Part shown: piece after piece, positions 24,363 to 34,680 of the stretch
How the letters are laid out: every line of letters begins with the position of its first letter
Position numbering within the stretch: position 1 is the stretch's first letter
DNA from: a virus
IMG/VR virus record: IMGVR_UViG_3300045988_167206
Location: 1-64,000 of that record
Reading direction: 5' to 3' (one strand)
DNA: 64,000 nucleotides
Notes under the pieces: model-generated
What the model was told of the DNA's origin: nothing
Database searches by the model: none
Seen by the model: the letters and a program-made list of their open reading frames with translations, nothing else
Position numbers and translations under genes: made by a program

Positions 24363-25567
24363 TGGCAAAAGTAAAAGAAAAAAAACCGTTAGAGAAGAAA
24401 AATTGGGTTCAGAATTTTATCTTAATTGGAAAAGCATGTATTTCAGATTATACATTTAAGCTTGATGAACACTCAGAAAAAAGCGATTGGATTTATAATG
24501 TGATGAATCTCAATGTTGATTGCGGAGAGAAATACGGAAGAATCAGTTGCGAACTTAATGGTGGATATGGTGCAGGCAGAGATAATGTTTGTTATGTTCA
24601 TGGTAAAAAAGATGACAATACAGATGATTTTGATAATCGGTATACACTCGATTGGGATGACCGATTTAAAGAAGAGTATTTAAAAGACATTGGAGATCTT
24701 TGCTTTATTAATATTGGAATCGAAAAAGACACAAAAGGAAATACAGTAGTGTCTAAATTCCTTCAACCATATGACGCAGTTAAATATTTATCTGATTATC
24801 TTACTGATGACATGGAAATTAAGGTAAGAGGACAGCTTAGATATTCTGCATATCAGGGAAATGTACATGTAAAGAAAACAATTAATAGTATTTATCTTAA
24901 GAAAGATAACGAAAAATATACAGCTGCATTTACGCAGACGCTTCTTATTGATAAATATTCTGTTGGAAAACCAGATAAAGATAAATGTGTATTCCCTATT
25001 ACCGGTTGTGTGTTAGAGAAATTTAAAGAATATAACGGAAACGATCTGACTGAAGGCGGTAAGGTTAAAGGTGGAAAATTTGTACCGCTGAGAAAAGGAT
25101 TTGAATATGAATATGATCCTAGTGCAGATCCGGAACGTATTAAAAAAGGTGTTACATTAGCATTCAAAGCTAAAAAAGGTTATTCTCAGATTACATATGA
25201 AGGTGTATTTGTAGAAGGTGGAGCAGTTGTTCAGGCAACTGAAGCTGATCTTACAGATGAGATCAAAGAGCTTATTACTGCAGGATTATATAATCTTGAT
25301 GAAGCTCTTGCAAAATGTACTGAGAATAAAGGAAAAGAGAGAAGAATGATCATCAAACGCCCTCTGATTAAAATGGTTGGAGAAGAAGGATCTAAAGTTC
25401 CGCAGGTGCAGGTAACTGAGCAGAAATATTCTGAAGAAGATTTGCAGCTTGATTATCTTGTCGCTCACGAAGACGAGGATGAAGATATTGAGGAAGATGT
25501 GGATATTGAAGACCAGGAAGGAACTTCTGACGAAGATGAGGATTGGATGAAACAGTTAGGAATGTGA
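24362..25567 (+). CDS. Putative ssDNA-binding protein with acidic tail
   Basis: It heads the replication module and has an extremely acidic C-terminus (DEDEDIEEDVDIEDQEGTSDEDEDW), as in SSB protein-interaction tails. The OB fold was not verified. Confidence 0.35.
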   Translation: MAKVKEKKPLEKKNWVQNFILIGKACISDYTFKLDEHSEKSDWIYNVMNLNVDCGEKYGRISCELNGGYGAGRDNVCYVHGKKDDNTDDFDNRYTLDWDDRFKEEYLKDIGDLCFINIGIEKDTKGNTVVSKFLQPYDAVKYLSDYLTDDMEIKVRGQLRYSAYQGNVHVKKTINSIYLKKDNEKYTAAFTQTLLIDKYSVGKPDKDKCVFPITGCVLEKFKEYNGNDLTEGGKVKGGKFVPLRKGFEYEYDPSADPERIKKGVTLAFKAKKGYSQITYEGVFVEGGAVVQATEADLTDEIKELITAGLYNLDEALAKCTENKGKERRMIIKRPLIKMVGEEGSKVPQVQVTEQKYSEEDLQLDYLVAHEDEDEDIEEDVDIEDQEGTSDEDEDWMKQLGM

Positions 25568-25582
25568 TTTTTTTTAAGACTG

Positions 25583-25601
25583 AATAATGTAAAATTTGAA
25601 A
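25583..25601 (+). promoter_or_regulatory. Recurrent 19-nt element, copy 10
   Basis: aataatgtaaaatttgaaa. Confidence 0.8.
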
Positions 25602-25624
25602 ACACACAAAGAAAGAGAGCAGAA

Positions 25625-26770
25625 ATGGGATACGGTAAAAAGAATACAATTAAAATTGATCCACTTGCATATAATATTGGACTTATTGGAGAAAGTGGGA
25701 TCGGAAAGACAACTATCATTAAAGAGATGTGTGAGAAACTTGCAGGAGAAGATGGTTATATTTTCCTTGAATGTGGAAAAGAAGATGGAGCAGATGGAAT
25801 TAACGGTATCAACTATTTGAATTGTCCCGCATGGTCCATGGATTACGATGATGCAACGAACAGCATTGGATTTGAAGACTTTATTGATGATGTTGTTGAA
25901 AATAAAACTACAGAGTATCCAGATCTTAGGACTGTAGTAGTTGATACTTACGATCAGCTTTTAGAAATATCAAAACCAGAAGTAATTAGAATGCATAATG
26001 CAGAAAATCCAGATAAACCAGTAAAATCAATTAAAGCAGCTTTTGGTGGATATATGGCCGGCGAAGATAAAGCAACAGAAATTGTCCTGGATAAGTTATG
26101 GGAACTGAAAACAGTAGGCGTTCATTTTATTATCATCGGTCATGTTAAACAGCGTCAGCAGGATGATGTTGTAACAGGGCAGACATATACATCTTTAACT
26201 ACAAATATGTCAATGAGAGATTTTAATGCAATTAAAACTAAACTTCATTTTCTTGGAGTAGCTTCTATTGATAGAGAAATCGTTCAGGAGAAGACAGGTA
26301 AAACCAAAAAGGAAAAAGGCAAAGATGTTGATGTAATGAAAGGTGTTATTACTAAGGAAAGTCGAAAGATTACTTTCCGAGATGATTCATATTCTATTGA
26401 TTCAAAATCTAGATTTGCCGATATTGTTCCAGAGATTCCGTTTACTGTAGATGCATTTATTAATGCGCTTACGGATGCAATTAAAGCTGAAGCTTCTAAA
26501 GGTAGTAAATCTATTGAAGAACTCGCCAAAGAGCAGAAAGCAGCGGAAGAAGAGCGTATGAAACAGATTGCAGCAGTTGAGGCTGAAAATAAAGTAAAAA
26601 AGGAACTTGATGAGATTAACAGCAAGATAAAAGAGTTTTGCACTGAAAACAGAGGAAAGCAGACAATTTTAAAACCTCTTATGGATGTAGCGAAGAAACA
26701 TGGATTAAAGAATCCTCTTGCAGCGGAAGATATTGCTACCGCCAAAGAAATTCTTTCTGCAATTGCATAA
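25625..26770 (+). CDS. P-loop ATPase (AAA_24 / Sak4-like phage nucleotide-binding protein)
   Basis: Walker A GESGIGKTT and Walker B VVVDTYD. Coiled-coil C-terminal half. Confidence 0.55.
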   Translation: MGYGKKNTIKIDPLAYNIGLIGESGIGKTTIIKEMCEKLAGEDGYIFLECGKEDGADGINGINYLNCPAWSMDYDDATNSIGFEDFIDDVVENKTTEYPDLRTVVVDTYDQLLEISKPEVIRMHNAENPDKPVKSIKAAFGGYMAGEDKATEIVLDKLWELKTVGVHFIIIGHVKQRQQDDVVTGQTYTSLTTNMSMRDFNAIKTKLHFLGVASIDREIVQEKTGKTKKEKGKDVDVMKGVITKESRKITFRDDSYSIDSKSRFADIVPEIPFTVDAFINALTDAIKAEASKGSKSIEELAKEQKAAEEERMKQIAAVEAENKVKKELDEINSKIKEFCTENRGKQTILKPLMDVAKKHGLKNPLAAEDIATAKEILSAIA

Positions 26771-26780
26771 TTTAAATAAT

Positions 26781-26800
26781 CCCAGGGTTAACTCCCTGGG
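26781..26800 (+). terminator. Stem-loop after the AAA_24 gene
   Basis: CCCAGGG-ttaact-CCCTGGG perfect 7-bp GC-rich hairpin 11 nt after the stop codon. The U-tract is weak (aaaactttt). Confidence 0.35.
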
Positions 26801-26834
26801 AAAACTTTTAAGCATGTGAGGGAGGAATTAAACT

Positions 26835-27341
26835 TTGGCAAAAAAAATGACTAGACGGAAAACAAGTGATAAACCCAAAAAAGATACTACATTCACTAGA
26901 AAAGATGAAGAATTTATGAAAATGTGTGAATGGATCGAAGTTGAAATTTTTCATTATAATATTGCAAATAAAGAGAGACTTCATAGAATGGCCTGCTTGA
27001 GACTTCAGGGATTAAGAAAGGGTAAGCCAATTGGAAATAATAAAACTGAAGATTTTGGAGATTACTCTGTAGAATGCGTATTCAATACATTTAAGGCTTA
27101 TAAAGAAGAAATTTTGAAGGCAATCAAAGGTAAAAATTTTGCTGATGAAAGTAGAAAGATGGCTTATATTTGCAGGATCGTAGAAAATCACCTAAATGAT
27201 ATGGCTATTAGAATGAAAAATGCAAAAGCAAGTCAGGAAAAACAAGAGTATATAGATACACAAACGCAGAATAATGATACCGCTAAATACCAGAAACAGA
27301 CAACAGAAGTACAAAATGATACATTTGAAGGTATTTGGTAA
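26835..27341 (+). CDS. Hypothetical basic protein (TTG start, or ATG 12 nt downstream)
   Basis: 168-aa ORF after RBS GAGGGAGGaattaaac. Confidence 0.45.
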   Translation: MAKKMTRRKTSDKPKKDTTFTRKDEEFMKMCEWIEVEIFHYNIANKERLHRMACLRLQGLRKGKPIGNNKTEDFGDYSVECVFNTFKAYKEEILKAIKGKNFADESRKMAYICRIVENHLNDMAIRMKNAKASQEKQEYIDTQTQNNDTAKYQKQTTEVQNDTFEGIW

Positions 27342-28867
27342 TGAGTGGAGCCACTAAGAATGCAAACGTTCGCAGTGGTGCTGATAAGAAGACTGCTACT
27401 CCATTTCAAAAGGAGTGCATAGAGACATTTAAAAAAGTAAACGAGTATAAATTAATAGCTGAAGCTAATGCAGTTGCTTCTATATACAAGGATCCCGATT
27501 TAATCAGAGAAACTTCTTTGACGTTGGAAGATATAAGTAATAATGCATGGAGAGTTTATTTTTCGATCGCAAACGACATTATTAACATAGAACAGAAAAA
27601 TACTCTTGATGAGATTACGATAAATATGTATCTTTCGAAGCATTCTAAACTCAGTCTTAAGTATGATGAATACGGTGGATTCGAAAAGATTGACAGGGCT
27701 GCGGCGTACATACAGACGGAAAATTTTGAATCTTATGTAAATGAGATAAAAAAATGGAATGCAGTGATGAAGCTTGTCAAATATGGGTTCCCTGTAAAAG
27801 ATAAGCTGAGTCAATATGTAGATGCAAAAGCAGAAGATATTTATAATGAACTGGAAGCATTACTAAATCATACTTTTGTAAATGTTGAAACGGAAGTAAA
27901 AACATATAATGCTTGCGAAGGATTATTTGAACTCATTGATGAGTTAAACGCTGGAAGCCAAGTCGGAATGCCACTGGCAAACGCTGATATTTTGAATAGA
28001 GAGATTGGCGGTGTTAATTTTAACGGTAATATTTATGGGCTTGGAGCAAATTCTGGTGTTGGAAAATCCACAACTGCAATTAACTATCTAATGCCATCTG
28101 TATTACATTACGATGAAAAGATGGTCATGATGATAAATGAGGAAGACCAGACAAAGGTAAAAAAAGAGCTGCTTGTATGGACCGCGAATAATGTATTTGG
28201 TGGAAAAGTAAAGAAATTTATGCTTCGTGATGGTCATTTTGATGAAGAAACATTAGCTATATTAAGGAAAGCAGCAGGATGGCTAGAAGAACAAAAAGAA
28301 AAGAGAAACATAACGATCATTCCATTTGAAAAATATACTGTCAAGGCCGCCATAAAGATTATAAAAAAATATGCTTCTATGGGAGTGAGACTGTTTGTTC
28401 TTGATACATTAAAAGAGTCTGCTGATTCTAGAAATATAGAAACATGGAAATCAATGGAACGAGATATGGTAGATCTCTATGATGTTGTTAAGCCGGCCGC
28501 CAAGAATGTTGCATTGTTTGTTACATATCAGCTTGGAAAAGCATCTGTAAAATTAAGATATCTGACAAATAATGAAATTGGACAGGCAAAAAATATCCTT
28601 GATGTATTTAGCGTTAATTTGATGATGAGAAAACCATTTGAAGACGAATTTCCTGGTGGATCACATGAAATAAAAGCTTATAAACTTGGATCGAAAGCAA
28701 ATACTAAGATTCCATATATATTGCAGCGAGATAAGCATTATATGATTACATTTATTACAAAAAATAGATTTGGAGTAACAGATCAGTTTCAGATTATATC
28801 AGAATATGATTTAAGCATGAATAAACATCAAGATGTTGCGATCTGTAATATAGCACAAGATTTTTAA
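27341..28867 (+). CDS. DnaB-like replicative DNA helicase
   Basis: RecA-type C-terminal domain with Walker A GANSGVGKST and Walker B-like LFVLDTL. The ATG at 27341 overlaps the upstream stop (TAATG). Confidence 0.65.
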   Translation: MSGATKNANVRSGADKKTATPFQKECIETFKKVNEYKLIAEANAVASIYKDPDLIRETSLTLEDISNNAWRVYFSIANDIINIEQKNTLDEITINMYLSKHSKLSLKYDEYGGFEKIDRAAAYIQTENFESYVNEIKKWNAVMKLVKYGFPVKDKLSQYVDAKAEDIYNELEALLNHTFVNVETEVKTYNACEGLFELIDELNAGSQVGMPLANADILNREIGGVNFNGNIYGLGANSGVGKSTTAINYLMPSVLHYDEKMVMMINEEDQTKVKKELLVWTANNVFGGKVKKFMLRDGHFDEETLAILRKAAGWLEEQKEKRNITIIPFEKYTVKAAIKIIKKYASMGVRLFVLDTLKESADSRNIETWKSMERDMVDLYDVVKPAAKNVALFVTYQLGKASVKLRYLTNNEIGQAKNILDVFSVNLMMRKPFEDEFPGGSHEIKAYKLGSKANTKIPYILQRDKHYMITFITKNRFGVTDQFQIISEYDLSMNKHQDVAICNIAQDF

Positions 28868-28885
28868 GAAGCAGGTTAATAGAAA

Positions 28886-29965
28886 ATGACCGCATTAGAG
28901 TTAAAAACCTATATTTTCAAAAATCAAAAAATTCCATTTGTATTAGAGCAGATTGGATGTGGAAATATTTTATATCATGGCAATAAAGATTATTATAGTT
29001 GTTCAAATGCGAGAGGTGGAGACTGTAATAATCCTGCAGCCATTAATATAAGAAACAACTCTTACTTAAATTATAGAAATTATACCAGAAATGTCTCTTA
29101 CGATGACGGGCAAGATCTTATTTGTCTGGTTGAATATAATCTTCAAATGGATTTTGTTGATGCGGTTAAGTATCTTCATAAAATATTAGGGCTTCAATAT
29201 TCCTTTTATAAAAAAGAAGAAAAGAAAGAAAAAGATGATTCCTGGTTTATATTTTCTAGATTTGCAAAGAGAAGAGTAAAAAATAATGTAGATGATTTTG
29301 AACGAATGAACGAAGATGTTCTTACGGACTTTGTACCTTTCATTCATATAGATTTGTTTCGTGAAGGAATAATAGGCAAAACAATTAAAAAATTTGAACT
29401 TGGATATTCATATAAATGGAGAAGAACAATATTTCCAATTCGTTATTGGTTGGATGGATCTTTGATGGGATACAACGCCAGAAGCTCTGTAGAGAATTGT
29501 GAGGAGTTTGGAATTAAGAAATATTTTCTTACTCCAGGAATCAAAAAAGAAATAAATCTGTATGGATTATGGCAGAACTATAAAGATATTCAAAAGGCCG
29601 GGTACATTGTAGTTTATGAAGCGGAGAAATCAGTTCTTAAACGAGATAGTTTAAATGACCCTACGGGAGTTGCATTAGAAGGACATTTTATGTCAGATGA
29701 GCAGGTACGGATTATTTTGGGAGTCGGGGTGAAAGAAGTTGTTATTGCAATGGATAAAGATGTTCCGATCGAAGAGGTCTGGAGCATGTGTGAAAAGTTT
29801 TACGGGCTGCGTAAAGTTAGTTACATATATGATGAATATGGTGTTCTTGGTCCAAAAGATTCGCCTGCAGATGCAAAAAACAAAGTTTATAAAATTTTAT
29901 TCAAATACAGAAGAGTTTATGATGCAAAAATGCATCGAGAATATTTAAAGAGATTAAAGAAATAG
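28886..29965 (+). CDS. DNA primase (TOPRIM type)
   Basis: TOPRIM glutamate VVYEAEKS and DxD motif VIAMDKDV. The N-terminal Cys/His-rich region is a possible Zn-binding domain. Confidence 0.6.
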   Translation: MTALELKTYIFKNQKIPFVLEQIGCGNILYHGNKDYYSCSNARGGDCNNPAAINIRNNSYLNYRNYTRNVSYDDGQDLICLVEYNLQMDFVDAVKYLHKILGLQYSFYKKEEKKEKDDSWFIFSRFAKRRVKNNVDDFERMNEDVLTDFVPFIHIDLFREGIIGKTIKKFELGYSYKWRRTIFPIRYWLDGSLMGYNARSSVENCEEFGIKKYFLTPGIKKEINLYGLWQNYKDIQKAGYIVVYEAEKSVLKRDSLNDPTGVALEGHFMSDEQVRIILGVGVKEVVIAMDKDVPIEEVWSMCEKFYGLRKVSYIYDEYGVLGPKDSPADAKNKVYKILFKYRRVYDAKMHREYLKRLKK

Positions 29966-29966
29966 A

Positions 29967-31154
29967 TTGAGAGTAAATTATGAAGATTTAAAAAAGTTGT
30001 GCGAGGCACTTGGAACAGATAGATTAAATTCATGGAGCAGAGTTAACTGTGTACATAATTCTTTATATGAGTATTACCTTAAATATATTCTTCATAAAGA
30101 AGAAGATAGAGCTGATTCTATTTATGTAGTAACCGGAGGTCTTTCTCATAATACTTTAGAAGATTTTTATGGCAATAAAATTAAATATGAAGACATGGTT
30201 GACGAATTTGATGATGGCTGGACTTTGGCATTTGATGTATCTGAATTAAAATTTGTAAGAGGTGATGGAGAAAGAAATAAGAGTATTGCAGATAAATATT
30301 ATTATGATCTGCGAAATTTCTTTACAACACATGAAGTTATTACAGAACCGATTGATATTGAGCAGTTTGTAACTGTAAAAGTCGGGGATGAATATTATCA
30401 AGGTTACATTGATGCTTTGATTAAACATGAAGATGGTAGTTATACGATATTAGACTGGAAGACAAGTTCAATATATAAGGGAGATAAAGCAAAAAATGAA
30501 TGCGGGCAGTTAGTTATGTATTCTCTAGCTTTACATCAAAAAGGCATTCCATTTGAAAAAATCAAGATTGCTTGGAACTTTCTGAAATATCAGTGCGTAA
30601 CCGTACAGTCTAAAAAGGGCGTAAAAAAAGTCAGAGAGATCGAACGCTGCACTCTTGGAGAAAAGCTACAGGCTAATGCGAAGATGTGGCTAAGAGAATT
30701 TGGCTATACAGAAGATCAGGTGTTCGAATATCTTGATAAGCTGGTCCAGACAAATGATATTAAGGTTCTTCCAGAAGAAGTACAAGAGAAATATGAATTT
30801 CATGATTGTTATGTATATGTTGAACTTACTGAAGAACTAATTAAATATTGGACTAATTTTATTACAGATACAATGAAAGAGATCCGGAGTAAAGAAGCTC
30901 AATATAAAGATTTGATGGCAGCAGGTAAATATGAGGAAGCGGATAAACTTTGGTGGGAAGATGAAGAATCTATAAAGAAACAAAGTTATTATCTGTCTAA
31001 CCTTTGCAGCTACTCTCCTAAATTACATAAACCATACAAGGCATATTTGGATTCTCTTGAGGCAAAGAAAAATGGTGATATTTTCGGTGCGAAAAAGAAA
31101 CCAGAAGATGAAGAATATGCAGTTGATAACTTAGATTGGCTTAACGATCTGTAA
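29967..31154 (+). CDS. PD-(D/E)XK nuclease (RecB/Cas4-like exonuclease)
   Basis: The motif GYIDALIKHEDGSYTILDWKTS has the D...(D/E)xK architecture. TTG start as given in the track. Confidence 0.6.
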   Translation: MRVNYEDLKKLCEALGTDRLNSWSRVNCVHNSLYEYYLKYILHKEEDRADSIYVVTGGLSHNTLEDFYGNKIKYEDMVDEFDDGWTLAFDVSELKFVRGDGERNKSIADKYYYDLRNFFTTHEVITEPIDIEQFVTVKVGDEYYQGYIDALIKHEDGSYTILDWKTSSIYKGDKAKNECGQLVMYSLALHQKGIPFEKIKIAWNFLKYQCVTVQSKKGVKKVREIERCTLGEKLQANAKMWLREFGYTEDQVFEYLDKLVQTNDIKVLPEEVQEKYEFHDCYVYVELTEELIKYWTNFITDTMKEIRSKEAQYKDLMAAGKYEEADKLWWEDEESIKKQSYYLSNLCSYSPKLHKPYKAYLDSLEAKKNGDIFGAKKKPEDEEYAVDNLDWLNDL

Positions 31155-31169
31155 ATAGGAGAGAAGAAA

Positions 31170-34100
31170 ATGAAATATACCAATTACGTTGCATATCATG
31201 TTCATTCGTGGAATTCTCTTCTTGATAGTTGTACTGACTTTCGTGATTACGCAGATCGAGCAGCAGAATTAGGTCAGAAAGCATTAGCAATTACCGAACA
31301 TGGTAATATTTATAACTGGGTTGAAAAGAAAATGTATATTAACTCCAAAGGATTAAAATATATCCATGGAGTTGAGTGTTATCTTACAGCTTCACTAGAA
31401 GATAAAGTACGTGATAATTACCATACAATTCTTTTAGCGAAAAATTATAGAGGCGTTCAAGAGATTAATCTTCTGATTGATAAATCCACACAGCCGGATC
31501 ATCGCTATTATAAACCACGAATTACTTTTAATGAATTTTTTAATATTTCTGATAATGTAATTAAAATTTCTGCTTGTTTAGCTTCTCCATTGAATAAATA
31601 TCCTAATGATATTGGCAAATCGATTCAGGAACAAACATTTGAATTGAATAAAGAAATGGAAGAGAAAATTCAAGAAATTGAATGTTTAAAACAAGATAAG
31701 AAAAAGGAAGCTGAATGGATTAAGGAATATGATGAGGATCCAACGCCGCCATGGTACTACAACGGAACACCACATGAAGTATGGACAGACTATTTAGATA
31801 AAAAAATATTTTCGTATCGTCAAAGTTACGAAGAAAAAATAAACACCGTAAAAGAAATAAATGATTCGTCAAGAAAAATATTTTATAAATTACTTAACGC
31901 ATATGATTATTATGAAATTCAGCCGCATGATTCTCCAGAGCAGAAAAGATATAATGAATTCCTTTATCAAGCATCATTGCAAACCGGAGTACCTTTAATT
32001 GCCGGAACAGATACACATAGCATCAATTCATATAAAGCACAATGTCGTAGTATTCTTCAGAAAGCAAAAAAGATTGAATATGCTGATGAAGACAAATTTG
32101 ATCTTACATATAAGAGCTATAAAGAGCTTGTAAAAATGTTTCGAAAACAAGGTTGTAATATTCCTTTTGAAATTATTTTGGAAGCTATAGAAGAAACAAA
32201 TAGAATGGCAGATTCTATTGAAGATTTTATACTTGATACTTCTATAAAATATCCAAAAGCATACGACAATGAAGAAGAAGTTTTAAAAAAACGTATTCTT
32301 AGAATGCTTAAAGAGAAAGTTGATGCCGGAATTATTGATAAAAAGAAGATTCCAGAATATAAAAAGAGAATCGCAGAAGAAATGCGTGTTTTCAAAAAAA
32401 TTAATATGGTTGGTTTCATGCTTTTTATGTCTGAACTTGTTTGTTGGTGTTGGGATAATGGAATCCCAGTTGGTCCATGTAGAGGATCTGTAGGTGGTTC
32501 CGAGATTGCTTACATTACAGATATTATTGATGTAGACCCTATTGTATGGAACACAATTTTCTCACGATTTGCCAATGAAGATCGAGAAGAAGTTGGAGAT
32601 ATTGACCTTGATATTTCTCCTGATCAGAGAGAATTAGTATACAACCATATTATTGAATCATTTGGATATGATAAAACTGCGTATATCCTTGCTATCGGAA
32701 CAATATCTGATAAAGGTACCATTGATGAAATTGGTCGTGCTTTAAATATTCCACTTGATGAAGTTGCAAAAATCAAAGAATTATATAGCTCTTACAAGGA
32801 TTCAATTGATAATACTGCAAAACGTATTAAGGATATTGAAGGCAGAAATGATTTTGAAGAAATTAGGAATGCTGCAAAAGATTCTGAATTATATGGATTA
32901 AGAAGGGATTACGAAAATAAACTATCAGAACATAAAAACGCTCTTAAGAACATGAATAATTTAAAAGAAAATCAGTATAGAGAAGTATTTTATTATTTTG
33001 ATGGATTAAACGGAACCCCAATTTCACAATCAATTCATCCAGCTGGTATTGTTGTATCACCAGTAACGCTTCCGGATAATTATGGTACATTCTGGAGTGA
33101 CGGGAAAAGAATCCTCTGTATCAATATGGAAGAGATTCATGATGGTGCCGGTCTTGTAAAATACGATCTCCTTGGATTAAAGAACTTGCAGATTATTCGT
33201 AAGTGTTATGAGTATGTAGGAAAACCATACCCAAGATCACACCAGATTAACTGGAAAGATAAAAAAGTGTGGGATGATATTATTACTTCTCCTGCCGGGA
33301 TATTTCAGTTCGAGTCGCCATATGCGTTCGAAATGCTCAAAAATTACAAACCTCAATGTGTCAATGACTTATCTATGGTTAATGCATCATTAAGACCTTC
33401 TGGTGCATCATATAGAGATCGATTATTGGCAGGAGAAACAAACAAGAATCCATCACCTTTGATCGATGAGTTACTAAAGGATAATAGAGGATTTCTTATT
33501 TTCCAGGAAGATACAATTAAATTCCTTCAGAATATATGTGGGTTGAGCGGATCTGAGGCTGATAATGTAAGGCGAGCTATTGGACGTAAACAGATGGATC
33601 GACTTCAGAAAGCTCTTCCAAGCATTTTGGAAGGATATTGTAAAATGTCTCCGCAGCCGAAAGAAATTGCAGAACAAGAAGCAAAGACATTTTTACAGAT
33701 TATTGAGGACAGTGCAAACTATCAGTTCGGATTTAATCATTCGACAGGCTATTCAATGATTGGTTATATGTGTGCGTTTTGCAGATTTTATTATCCGGAA
33801 GAGTTCATAGCTGCTTATCTGAACTGTGCAAGCAATACAGACGATATTGTAATGGGGACAGAACTGGCAAAAATTAAACATATAACTATGAATAATATTA
33901 AATTCAGAAAGTCTGGACCAGAGTATACAGTAGATAAAAAGAACCATGCTTTATATAAAGGAATTGCTTCAATTAAATTCTGTAACGCTCAGATTGCAAC
34001 AGAGTTACTTAATTTATCTGATAATACCTATAAAACTTTTGTTGGTGTTCTAGCTGATGTTCATTCAAAAACATCGGTAAACTCCAGGCAGTTAACTATT

Positions 34101-34679
34101 CTTATGGGATTAAACTTTTTTTCAGAATTTGGTAATAATAAATATCTTATGCAGGTATCTGAGTTATATGATAAATTTGCTACATGCAAGATTATTAGTA
34201 AGAAGAAGATGGAAGAACTTGGATTATCAGAATATCTCATGAAAAAGTACGCCGGAAGAGAGACGGCTTCACAGTATAGAGAACTTGATAACAATGGACT
34301 TATCACAGAATTGTCATCAAGACTTGAAGATAAATCAATGTCTGTTGTGGATCAGGTTAAATTTGAAAAAGAATATCTGCAGTATGTAGTTTATACGAAT
34401 CCAAAAGTAAATAAAAGTTTTTATATTGTTACAGAGTATAAAACTTTTAAAGAAGCAAGAAAACCATATTGTACTTTACATAATATCAAGACTGGAGAAG
34501 ACATTAAGACTCGTGTGATCCAGGTTAAAGTATACGAGGATAACCCATTTGGAGAATATTCCGTATTGAAAGTAGATCATTTTGATCAGAAACATAAAAA
34601 GAAATGTGTAAATGGAACATGGCAGGAGACAGAAGAATTAGAAGATATCTTAAATGATTACGAGGTAATTAAAAAATAA
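31170..34679 (+). CDS. dnaE: DNA polymerase III alpha-type (DnaE-family) replicative polymerase
   Basis: PHP motifs HVHS and AITEHGN, palm motif PCRGSVGGSEIAY, catalytic DIDLDIS, finger motif IHPAGIVVSP. 1169 aa. Confidence 0.9.
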   Translation: MKYTNYVAYHVHSWNSLLDSCTDFRDYADRAAELGQKALAITEHGNIYNWVEKKMYINSKGLKYIHGVECYLTASLEDKVRDNYHTILLAKNYRGVQEINLLIDKSTQPDHRYYKPRITFNEFFNISDNVIKISACLASPLNKYPNDIGKSIQEQTFELNKEMEEKIQEIECLKQDKKKEAEWIKEYDEDPTPPWYYNGTPHEVWTDYLDKKIFSYRQSYEEKINTVKEINDSSRKIFYKLLNAYDYYEIQPHDSPEQKRYNEFLYQASLQTGVPLIAGTDTHSINSYKAQCRSILQKAKKIEYADEDKFDLTYKSYKELVKMFRKQGCNIPFEIILEAIEETNRMADSIEDFILDTSIKYPKAYDNEEEVLKKRILRMLKEKVDAGIIDKKKIPEYKKRIAEEMRVFKKINMVGFMLFMSELVCWCWDNGIPVGPCRGSVGGSEIAYITDIIDVDPIVWNTIFSRFANEDREEVGDIDLDISPDQRELVYNHIIESFGYDKTAYILAIGTISDKGTIDEIGRALNIPLDEVAKIKELYSSYKDSIDNTAKRIKDIEGRNDFEEIRNAAKDSELYGLRRDYENKLSEHKNALKNMNNLKENQYREVFYYFDGLNGTPISQSIHPAGIVVSPVTLPDNYGTFWSDGKRILCINMEEIHDGAGLVKYDLLGLKNLQIIRKCYEYVGKPYPRSHQINWKDKKVWDDIITSPAGIFQFESPYAFEMLKNYKPQCVNDLSMVNASLRPSGASYRDRLLAGETNKNPSPLIDELLKDNRGFLIFQEDTIKFLQNICGLSGSEADNVRRAIGRKQMDRLQKALPSILEGYCKMSPQPKEIAEQEAKTFLQIIEDSANYQFGFNHSTGYSMIGYMCAFCRFYYPEEFIAAYLNCASNTDDIVMGTELAKIKHITMNNIKFRKSGPEYTVDKKNHALYKGIASIKFCNAQIATELLNLSDNTYKTFVGVLADVHSKTSVNSRQLTILMGLNFFSEFGNNKYLMQVSELYDKFATCKIISKKKMEELGLSEYLMKKYAGRETASQYRELDNNGLITELSSRLEDKSMSVVDQVKFEKEYLQYVVYTNPKVNKSFYIVTEYKTFKEARKPYCTLHNIKTGEDIKTRVIQVKVYEDNPFGEYSVLKVDHFDQKHKKKCVNGTWQETEELEDILNDYEVIKK

Positions 34680-34680
34680 A